NCBI GenBank assembly: GCA_902806175.1
Contig: CADCVQ010000148.1
Location: 47,200-111,199, forward strand
Direction of reading: 5' to 3'
DNA from: an uncultured Solirubrobacteraceae bacterium
Lineage (GTDB): Bacteria > Actinomycetota > Thermoleophilia > Solirubrobacterales > Solirubrobacteraceae
DNA length: 64,000 nt
The notes under the pieces are model-generated. The model was not told where the DNA came from and did no database searches. It saw only the letters and a program-made list of their open reading frames with translations. Positions 36,130 to 43,578 of this stretch are shown piece by piece; positions within the stretch are counted from its first letter, which is position 1, and each line of letters opens with the position of its first letter. The translations under genes and the position numbers were made by a program.

Positions 36130-36719
36130 AGGTAGCGCTGCGCGTCCTCGATGAAGGCGTCCCAGGCCGCGTCGAACTGCTCCTCGGGGAGGTGGCGGAC
36201 ACGGTGGGCGAACATCTCCAGGCGCTCCTCGAGCTCCAGCGCCGAGCGCACGATCGTCACCGTCGCGTCCGGATAGGCGCAGTGGTAGTGGCTCGCGTCG
36301 ACCTCGTGGACCTTGAAGAACGCCTGAAACGGCCCCGCCGGCAGCGGGCCGGGAAAGCGCCGCGAGCTGCCCCAGAAGGTGTACATGCCGGTCGTCAGCA
36401 CGCGCACCGAGGAGTCGATGTACTGCGCCCAGCTGCCGTTGAAGCTGACCTCGAAGAACAGGTGCGGGTAGCGCAGCCGGCGCACGGTCTGCGGGGGCCC
36501 GTTGTAGGGCAGCTCGCGGATCAGCGACCAGCTCGCGAAGCTGATGAACGACAGCTTGTCCATCGCCTCCAGCGACTTCGGGGCCGCCCGCGTGAGCGTG
36601 AACATGAACGGCATCCAGAAGCGGCCCCACGGCTTTTGCGTCGTGAAGAGCGTGATCGAGGTCGTGCGGCCGCAGACGTTGCTCGGCGGCGCGTCGGGCG
36701 AGACCGCGGGCAGGTTCAT
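36126..36719 (-). CDS. Uncharacterised protein (197 aa), family member 3
   Basis: ATG at 36719 overlaps the hydrolase stop as ATGA. Rich in aromatic residues, with a coding-like composition. Confidence 0.7.
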   Translation of the reverse strand: MNLPAVSPDAPPSNVCGRTTSITLFTTQKPWGRFWMPFMFTLTRAAPKSLEAMDKLSFISFASWSLIRELPYNGPPQTVRRLRYPHLFFEVSFNGSWAQYIDSSVRVLTTGMYTFWGSSRRFPGPLPAGPFQAFFKVHEVDASHYHCAYPDATVTIVRSALELEERLEMFAHRVRHLPEEQFDAAWDAFIEDAQRYL

Positions 36720-37759
36720 GCGTCCCTCGCGAGCTCGCCGAGGATGATCGGGTGCCAGTCGCGGCCCGCGTGCTCGCCGACGAACACGTCGAGGTGCCCG
36801 TAGCCGGGCACGATGTGCATCGTGTGGCGCCCCGGGTCGTGCTTCTCGAACCACTCGAACGTGCGCATCTGACTCTCGGGCAGAAAGCAGTTGTTGCGCC
36901 CGCCGGTGATGAACGAGAAGCGCGCGTCGGTCAGCGGCGCCTGGGCGACGAAGCTCTCGGGCAGCTCGGGCCGCCCCTCGACGCTGACGAGGTGGCCGGC
37001 GCGGACGCATTGCGCGATCTGCTTGAAGAACGTCAGCGGGGCGGGGCCGAACTCGCCCTTCGTCCACTCGTGCGTCGCGGGGCTGAGCTGCTCGTGCGTC
37101 CACAGCGTCGGGTTGCCGGCGCCGAACATGAAGCTCGACACCTTGCAGACGCCGTTGTCGCAGGCGCGGCGCGAGAGCTTGCAGTACGCGGTCAGCGCCT
37201 TGGGCAGCAGCCAGGGCGCGCCCCGCTCGCCCCAGCGCGGATCGAGGTAGCCCAGCAGCCGCGACACCGGCGGCACGATGTAGTCGAGCTTGAGCTTCGC
37301 CACCTTCGTCACGACCGGATGCAGCGAGACCGCGCTCGCGACGACGGTGCGCACCTCGGGCACGAGGCCCGCACAGGCGGCCATCATGAAGCTCGTCGAG
37401 CCCTGGCAGTGCGTGATCGCCTGGATCGAGTCCGCGCCGGTCAGCTCGACGACCTTCTTGACGGCGACGGGGTGGTCGAGCACCGCGCCCTGGTCGAGCG
37501 TCCACGTGTTGTTGGGCACGTCCATGCTCGCCCGCCACGTCTCCATGAAGACGTCGTAGCCCTCGTCGACGAGCGCCTCGATCAGCGTGCGCGGGGTCGG
37601 CGGGCGCCAGATCTCCGTGCGCACGCCGACGCCGTGGACGAGCAGCACCGGCCCCTTCGTCGGCTCCTTCGGGCCGCGGACGCGGATGAGGTTGCAGGGA
37701 ACCCCGTCGGCGACGTCGAGCGCGATGAGCTCGTCGGTGTGCGCGGCGGCGGTCGTCAC
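36716..37759 (-). CDS. Alpha/beta-fold hydrolase (Cys at the nucleophile-elbow position)
   Basis: 347 aa. Has an oxyanion-like VLLVHGVG, an elbow ITHCQGST (small-x-Cys-x-small), and a C-terminal catalytic-His region, GYGHLDVF. Confidence 0.8.
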   Translation of the reverse strand: MTTAAAHTDELIALDVADGVPCNLIRVRGPKEPTKGPVLLVHGVGVRTEIWRPPTPRTLIEALVDEGYDVFMETWRASMDVPNNTWTLDQGAVLDHPVAVKKVVELTGADSIQAITHCQGSTSFMMAACAGLVPEVRTVVASAVSLHPVVTKVAKLKLDYIVPPVSRLLGYLDPRWGERGAPWLLPKALTAYCKLSRRACDNGVCKVSSFMFGAGNPTLWTHEQLSPATHEWTKGEFGPAPLTFFKQIAQCVRAGHLVSVEGRPELPESFVAQAPLTDARFSFITGGRNNCFLPESQMRTFEWFEKHDPGRHTMHIVPGYGHLDVFVGEHAGRDWHPIILGELARDA

Positions 37760-37777
37760 GCCTGGGCCACCGCGTCG

Positions 37778-40195
37778 TCAGTCCTTCTTGGAGCCGGGGC
37801 CGAACGCGTCCCAGAGGCTCCCGGCGAAGAGCCCGCCGAAGCGCCCGATCGCATCGACGCGGTGCGCCGGATCGACACGGAACGTCGTCATCTGGACCGC
37901 GAAGTCCTGCGGCAGGACGTGCAGGATCCCGCTCGCGACGACGTCGGCCGCGTCGTCGCCGTCGCCGGGCTCGACGTGTCCGGCGAGGATCCGCGTGAAG
38001 AGCGTCGTCGTGTCGCTCCAGACGTCGAAGCCGCGATCGTCCTTGACCTCCTTGTAGCCGTTGAGCGTGATCGGATGACCCTCGCCGTCGGCGATCAGCA
38101 GGCGGTACTTCATGAGCTTGCGCTCCTCGCCGTCCTCGTCGGCGTCGACGAAGAGGTTGAACCAGCCCTTCTGCACCTCGAGCCTGCCGCCGAGCGCGTC
38201 GCACTGGACGTGGCCGGTGATCGTGCCCGGATGCTGCGAATCCTCGATGAAGCGCTCGATGTCGTCCATCAGCACCGTCACGTGGAACATGCAGGCCGTC
38301 TTTGACTTCTTGCCCTGGCGAAAGCCCTTGTCGTAGTCGTCCTCGCCGAAGGTGATGAAGCCACGCATCTTCTCGGTGAAGCGCAGCGACGCGGGGTGCT
38401 CGCTGGCGCTCGGAGCGGCGGCGGCGGTCGGGCCACCCTCTTCATCGGCCGGCGGGGGTGGCGGGGGTGCGGTCACGGTGTGTCCCTTCATGTCTTCGAG
38501 GATGGCGTCGGCGAAGCGGTCGGCGAGGCCGGCGATCGTGAGGCTCGGGTTGGGGCCGACTGGCCCGGGCATGACCGAGCCGTCGGCGATGTGCAGGCCG
38601 GGGTGGTTGTAGACGCGCCCGAAGGGGTCGACGACGCCCTCCTGATCGTCACGCCCCATCGGGCAGCCGCCGAGCGCGTGCACGGTCACGACCCGGCTGA
38701 GCAGCCAGATCGGGTTGTCCAGGAAGGTCCCGCCCAGCTCGTCGGCAACGTCCTTGGAGATGTCGCGCACGCGCTCGAAGTACTCCTTGGACGACCCGTT
38801 CTTCTTCCAGTCGATCGCCAGGCCGCCGTCGCGCAGCGACATGATCCCCTCGGGGACGTCGCGGCCCATGCCCAGCAGCGGCAGGAAGCCCGAGGACTCG
38901 CTGCAGTCGCCCAGCAGCTCTGAGACATCGCCCCCGACGTCGGAATCCGCGTGCGTGAACAGACCGCGCACGACCTTCGGCAGGTTGCGGCGCTGCTCGA
39001 GCAGCGAGGACGGCGTGTCGATGAGCTGCAGCATCCACGAGACGAACTCTGGCTGGCCGGCGTCCTCGAGGTAGAAGCCGCGCTGTCCGCGCGCGCCGCC
39101 GTCGCTCTCGTCGGGCACGCGGATCGCGCTCGTGATGACCGGCGCGTGGGCGGAGTCCAGGACGTGTGGCACCTTCTTTCCCTCGACCTCGCTCATGCAG
39201 TTGCGCGCGAAGGTCAGCAGGTCGCCGTTGCCGCCGAAGCGCGAGCCGAGCATCGGGCTCAGGCCGGGGAACGCGGCGCGGTTCTTCAGCAGCAGGTACG
39301 TCGTGCCGAGCGTGCCGGCCGACAGGATCAGGCGATCGCAGGTGATCGCGTGGCGATCGAGGCGCGCGGTGTCGGTCTTCGTCCCCTCCGCCTCGGCGTC
39401 GTGGATGACGTAGTCGACCTGGTAGCCGCCACGGTCGCGCGCCTCGAAGGAGCGCACCTCGTGGCGCGTGCGGATGTCGGCGCCGGCGTGCCATGCCGCT
39501 GTGATGTACGTGTAGTCCAGCGAGTTCTTGGAGCCGTGGTTGCAGCCCAGGTCGCACTCCCCCGTGAGCTTGCAGGTCAGGCGCGTGCGGCCGTGGATGT
39601 TGGGCCGCTCCTCCTTGATCGGCTCGCCGACCATCGGCGGGTCGCCGTCGTTGGCGAACGTCACCGCGAGGTTGACCAGGCGCCAGTCCAGCCCGAGCTT
39701 CTGCGCCGCGTCGCGGAAGGCGAGCGTCTTGAGCGTCTTGTCGTAGGGGTCCTGGTCGAGCGGGTACTTCTGGACGTTCATCATCCGCTCGACGCGGTCG
39801 TAGTGCGGGTCCAGGTCGGCGCGCGTGACGGGCCAGTACTCGTAGCCGTCCTTCCACGAGCCGTTGCCGGGCTCCTCGCGCACGAACCACTCCTCGTCCT
39901 TGCGCAGCAGGACGTTGGCGTAGATCAGCGAGCCGCCGCCGAGGCCGCTGGCGACGATCGCGTCGATGTTGTCGAAGCTCCAGAGGTTGAACATCCCGTG
40001 CAGCCCCTCGCTGGGATCCCAGAACTGGCGCTTCATCCCCAGCGGCGAGCGCGGGAAGGAGTTGGGCGGGAAGGGCTTTCCGCGTTCGAGCAGGCAGACG
40101 CTGTGGCCGGCCTCGGCCAGCCGGTATGCCGTCACGGACCCGCCGAATCCGGATCCGACGACGACGGCGTCGAAATGTTCGGAAGCTGGACTCAC
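37778..40195 (-). CDS. GMC family oxidoreductase (cholesterol-oxidase-like) with a C-terminal extension of about 210 aa
   Basis: 805 aa (GTG start, GAGGTAGG upstream). FAD-binding fold is FDAVVVGSGFGGSV, with further GMC motifs GGGSLIYAN and HALGGCPMG. A Pro-rich linker, APPPPPPADEEGG, is followed by an extra domain. Confidence 0.9.
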   Translation of the reverse strand: MSPASEHFDAVVVGSGFGGSVTAYRLAEAGHSVCLLERGKPFPPNSFPRSPLGMKRQFWDPSEGLHGMFNLWSFDNIDAIVASGLGGGSLIYANVLLRKDEEWFVREEPGNGSWKDGYEYWPVTRADLDPHYDRVERMMNVQKYPLDQDPYDKTLKTLAFRDAAQKLGLDWRLVNLAVTFANDGDPPMVGEPIKEERPNIHGRTRLTCKLTGECDLGCNHGSKNSLDYTYITAAWHAGADIRTRHEVRSFEARDRGGYQVDYVIHDAEAEGTKTDTARLDRHAITCDRLILSAGTLGTTYLLLKNRAAFPGLSPMLGSRFGGNGDLLTFARNCMSEVEGKKVPHVLDSAHAPVITSAIRVPDESDGGARGQRGFYLEDAGQPEFVSWMLQLIDTPSSLLEQRRNLPKVVRGLFTHADSDVGGDVSELLGDCSESSGFLPLLGMGRDVPEGIMSLRDGGLAIDWKKNGSSKEYFERVRDISKDVADELGGTFLDNPIWLLSRVVTVHALGGCPMGRDDQEGVVDPFGRVYNHPGLHIADGSVMPGPVGPNPSLTIAGLADRFADAILEDMKGHTVTAPPPPPPADEEGGPTAAAAPSASEHPASLRFTEKMRGFITFGEDDYDKGFRQGKKSKTACMFHVTVLMDDIERFIEDSQHPGTITGHVQCDALGGRLEVQKGWFNLFVDADEDGEERKLMKYRLLIADGEGHPITLNGYKEVKDDRGFDVWSDTTTLFTRILAGHVEPGDGDDAADVVASGILHVLPQDFAVQMTTFRVDPAHRVDAIGRFGGLFAGSLWDAFGPGSKKD

Positions 40196-40367
40196 ACCTA
40201 CCTCTGCGCCTACCTATAACCGATGCTCCGGCAGGGTGCAACGCAGCACCGGCGGCCTGCACTTTCGTGCTGTTGCGGCGCATCGCGTGGCGAGTTTGGA
40301 CCGCTGAGCGCCCAGAACCGCCAATCGTCGTCGGCCGACGCCGCGGGCCTGCCGGCGGCGCCCGCTG

Positions 40368-41444
40368 CTAGTGGACGGTCCGCAGCGCCTTCGGCAGCCC
40401 GTTGAGGACCTCGTGCCCGTCGGCCGTCACCGCGACCAGATCCTCGATCCGCACGCCGCCGGCGCCGGGCACGTAGATCCCCGGCTCGACGGTCACGATG
40501 TTGCCCGCGACGAGCGCGTCCTTGCCCTGCTTGGACAGCCGCGGCCCCTCGTGCACCTCCATGCCGACGCCGTGCCCGAGTCCGTGGCCGAAGTGCTCGG
40601 CGTGGCCGGCGTCGTCGATGATCGCGCGCGCGACCGCGTCGACCTCCTGGCCGGTCGGTCCTGCGCGGACGGCGGCGAGCGCGGCCTCCTGCGCGGCCAG
40701 CACGGTGTCGTAGATCTCGCGGTCGCGCGGGTCCAGGTCGCCGGCGGTGGCGACGGTGCGCGTGCAGTCCGAGGCGTAGCCGTCCAGCTGCGCGCCCCAG
40801 TCGATGACGACCAGCGTGCCGGCGGGGATCGGCACGGCGCGCGGCACCGCGTGGGGCAGCGCGCCGTGCGCGCCCGCGGCGACGATCGGGGGAAAGGATG
40901 CTCCTTCGGCGCCGCGGCGGCGCATCGCGACCTCGAGGTCGAGCGCGACGTCGCGTTCGGCGCGTCCGACGATGCCGGCGCCGACAACCTCCTCGAAGGC
41001 TTCGTCGGCGAGCTCGGCGGCGGCCCGGATCCGCTCGATCTCATCCGGATCCTTGACCGCGCGCAGCTGCTCGACGATCGCGCCCGCAGCCACGAGTTCG
41101 ATGTCGCGCTCGCCGATGAGCCGCTCGAGGCGCGCGTGCTGTGCGACCGTGACGTGCGCGTCGTCGAAGCCGAGCTTCAGCGGTCCGTCGGGCAGGCCGT
41201 CGGTCACGCGCTTGAGCAGATCGGTCTCGATCTCGCGCTCCCAGACGGGATCGAGCTGCGCGGCCGCCTGCGTGAGGTAGCGAAAGTCGGTGACGAAGCG
41301 CGCGGTCTCGGCACCGACGACGGCGGCGCCGTTTGACCCCGTGAAGCCGGTCAGCCAGCGCAGGTTGACGAGGTTGGAGACGAGCAGCGCGCCGAGCTCG
41401 CGCTCGGCGACCTTCGCCCGCACCGCCTCCAGGCGAGCGGTCAC
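40368..41444 (-). CDS. pepP: Xaa-Pro aminopeptidase / M24 family peptidase
   Basis: The GTG at 41444 overlaps the aroQ stop as GTGA. Creatinase-like N-domain plus the M24 motifs HGLGHGVGMEVHE and VEPGIY. Same position as Rv2535c pepQ. Confidence 0.9.
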   Translation of the reverse strand: MTARLEAVRAKVAERELGALLVSNLVNLRWLTGFTGSNGAAVVGAETARFVTDFRYLTQAAAQLDPVWEREIETDLLKRVTDGLPDGPLKLGFDDAHVTVAQHARLERLIGERDIELVAAGAIVEQLRAVKDPDEIERIRAAAELADEAFEEVVGAGIVGRAERDVALDLEVAMRRRGAEGASFPPIVAAGAHGALPHAVPRAVPIPAGTLVVIDWGAQLDGYASDCTRTVATAGDLDPRDREIYDTVLAAQEAALAAVRAGPTGQEVDAVARAIIDDAGHAEHFGHGLGHGVGMEVHEGPRLSKQGKDALVAGNIVTVEPGIYVPGAGGVRIEDLVAVTADGHEVLNGLPKALRTVH

Positions 41445-41890
41445 GGCCGCAGCGACTGGCGTATGGCCACGAACGCGTCGCGGTAGCCCTCGACGCCCTT
41501 GCCGCCGAACGTCGCGATGCACGCGTCGGCGAGCACGGAGACATGACGCCACTGCTCGCGGGCCATGACGTCGGACAGGTGGACCTCGACGGCCGGCACG
41601 CCCGCGATCTGCAGCGCGTCGCCGATCGCGCGCGAGTAGTGCGACCAGGCGCCGGCGTTGAGGACGAGGCCGTCGGCAAGATCCGCGACGCGGTGCAGCT
41701 CCTCCACGAACTCGCCTTCGTGATTGGTCTGAAAGAAGCGCGCGTCCATCCCGAGCTCGTCGGCGTAGGCGTCGATCGCCTGCTCGAGCTGCAGGAACGT
41801 CATCCCGCCGTAGTGCGCCGGATCGCGCCGCGCGATCTGGTCGAGGTTGACGCCGTGCATGACGTGGATGCGGTTGTGAGCGGTGGGCAT
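41441..41890 (-). CDS. aroQ: Type II 3-dehydroquinate dehydratase
   Basis: 149 aa. IHVMHGVNLDQIARRDPAHYG, FFQTNHEGEFVE and NAGAWSHYS are diagnostic. Confidence 0.95.
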   Translation of the reverse strand: MPTAHNRIHVMHGVNLDQIARRDPAHYGGMTFLQLEQAIDAYADELGMDARFFQTNHEGEFVEELHRVADLADGLVLNAGAWSHYSRAIGDALQIAGVPAVEVHLSDVMAREQWRHVSVLADACIATFGGKGVEGYRDAFVAIRQSLRP

Positions 41891-41999
41891 GTGCCGCCAA
41901 CTCTGGCACGGCGACCGGATCGGCGCGTTCGTGTCGTTCCTTCGCCGACCGCGGCCCCGATCGCTCGCGCAGCGCGGGCGATGGGCCGATGGGACGCCG

Positions 42000-42680
42000 A
42001 TGAGCGATTCGCGTCCCCTGATCGCGCCGCTGGCGGTGGTCTGCCTCGTCGCGCTCGCGCTGGCGCTGTTTCTGCGGGGATCGCCGGCCGGGGCGCCCGG
42101 TCAGGCCGCGGCCGATGATGGTGCGCGCTATGGCCTCCAGGACGGCGGTCCGCAGGCACTGCCGCCGGTCGCTGCGCTGCGCTTCGCGGCGGGGATCGCG
42201 CCCAGCGATCAGCAGGTCGTGCTGCGCGCGGTGTCCGAGGCGCGGCCCGACGCGCGCCGTCTCGTCGGGCTGGTCGCCGGCCTTGTCACGATCAGCTTCG
42301 GGGAGCTCGGCAACGGCGTCGCGGGCCAGATGCGCCCGACCGCCGGCGGCTACGAGATCGTGCTGAACCTGGGCAGGGTCTACCGCGGCGCCGGGATGCG
42401 CGGCGTCCGGCGCCTCGTGCTGCACGAGCTCGCGCACGTCGTCGACCACGCGCTCGTCGCCGGCGAGCTCGAAGCCCGCCTCGACGCCGCGACGCCGCCC
42501 GGCTTCGGATGCGACGGCGGGCACTCCGGCGGCTGCGCAGCCCGCGAGGAGCGCTTTGCCGAGAGCTTCGCGAAGTGGGCGACGGGCGACATCGGCAACG
42601 ACCTGTACCTCGGCTACCGCGTCCCGCCGCCGGCCTCGCTGTCGGGCTGGGGCGCGCCGCTGGCCGCGCTCACGCGCTGA
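42000..42680 (+). CDS. Membrane-anchored hypothetical protein with an HExxH motif
   Basis: Start at MSDSRPLIAPLAVVCLVALALALFL (ATG at 42000). Contains a single HELAHVVDH motif. No family recognised. Confidence 0.55.
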   Translation: MSDSRPLIAPLAVVCLVALALALFLRGSPAGAPGQAAADDGARYGLQDGGPQALPPVAALRFAAGIAPSDQQVVLRAVSEARPDARRLVGLVAGLVTISFGELGNGVAGQMRPTAGGYEIVLNLGRVYRGAGMRGVRRLVLHELAHVVDHALVAGELEARLDAATPPGFGCDGGHSGGCAAREERFAESFAKWATGDIGNDLYLGYRVPPPASLSGWGAPLAALTR

Positions 42681-42702
42681 CGCCGGCCGGTTTGGACGCA
42701 CC

Positions 42703-42960
42703 ATGTCGGCTACCGCGCGGCCGGTGATCCGCCGAGGCCGCGGCTACGATCATGGGGTGACCGACGATGCCGCCGCACGTCTTCGCGCCGCGCTGGAGCT
42801 TCATGATCTCGGCGAGCGGATGCTGCGCCAGCGCCTGCGGCGCGAGCATCCGCAGATGACCGACACCGACCTGGACCATGCGGTGCGCGCGTGGCTGCGA
42901 GAGCGCCCCGGTGCCGAACACGGCGACGCCGTCGGACCGCGTTCCACGCGCTTCGCGTGA
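42703..42960 (+). CDS. Small helical protein (up to 85 aa), possible partner of the downstream nucleotidyltransferase
   Basis: ATG at 42703; an internal GTG giving VTDDAAARLRAALELHDLGE... is an alternative start. The stop overlaps the downstream GTG as GTGA. Confidence 0.45.
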   Translation: MSATARPVIRRGRGYDHGVTDDAAARLRAALELHDLGERMLRQRLRREHPQMTDTDLDHAVRAWLRERPGAEHGDAVGPRSTRFA

Positions 42961-43547
42961 CCCGCGTCGAGAAGGCGCTTCGCAGGATCGTCGCCGATCT
43001 CGAGAGGACATCGCTTCCGTTCGCCCTCGTCGGCGGCTTCGGCGTCTCGGCCCGCACCGAACCGCGCTTCACGCGCGACGTCGATCTCGTCGTGGCCGTG
43101 CCCGACGATGCTGCCGCAGAAGGCCTGCTCGCCGAGCTCGGAGGACGTGGCTACGTGATCGTGGCCGCCGTCGAGCAGCTGGCGGCCGGCCGGCTGGCGA
43201 CCGCTCGTCTCGCATCACCCTCCACCAGGGACGACGAACTGATCGTCGATCTGCTGTTCGCCTCGTCGGGCATCGAGGGCGAGATCGCCGCGCGCGCCGA
43301 GGCGCTGGAGGTGTTATCGCAGCTCGTCGTTCCCGTCGCTCGGGTCGGCGATCTGCTGGCACTCAAGCTGCTCGCACGCGACGACGACGTGCGGCCGCTC
43401 GACGCGGCGGACCTCCGAGCGCTGCGCTCCGTCGCCGGCGCGGACGACCTGGGGCTCGCTCGCGAGGCGGCCGAGCTCATCCAACGCCGCGGGTATGCGC
43501 GGGGTCGCGATCTGGTGGCGGCGCTCGACGAGCTGCTCGGCACGTGA
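42957..43547 (+). CDS. Nucleotidyltransferase-fold protein (minimal NTase, GGx(n)DxD)
   Basis: GTG at 42957. FALVGGFGVSARTEPRFTRDVDLVV is the G[GS]...DxD pattern of pol-beta-type NTases. The C-terminal LKLLARDDDVRPLDAADLRAL resembles small NTases of toxin-antitoxin or defence type. Confidence 0.62.
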   Translation: MTRVEKALRRIVADLERTSLPFALVGGFGVSARTEPRFTRDVDLVVAVPDDAAAEGLLAELGGRGYVIVAAVEQLAAGRLATARLASPSTRDDELIVDLLFASSGIEGEIAARAEALEVLSQLVVPVARVGDLLALKLLARDDDVRPLDAADLRALRSVAGADDLGLAREAAELIQRRGYARGRDLVAALDELLGT

Positions 43548-43578
43548 CGCCGGTCCTCAACTCGTCCTCGTCCTCGGT

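Noticed and set aside
40196-40367. Direct repeat GGTAGG...GGTAGG and palindrome CGTCGGCCGACG upstream of the GMC gene, as a regulatory element or terminator
   Set aside because: The proximal GGTAGG is most simply part of the Shine-Dalgarno region (GAGGTAGG). The palindromes are short GC motifs expected by chance at this GC content.
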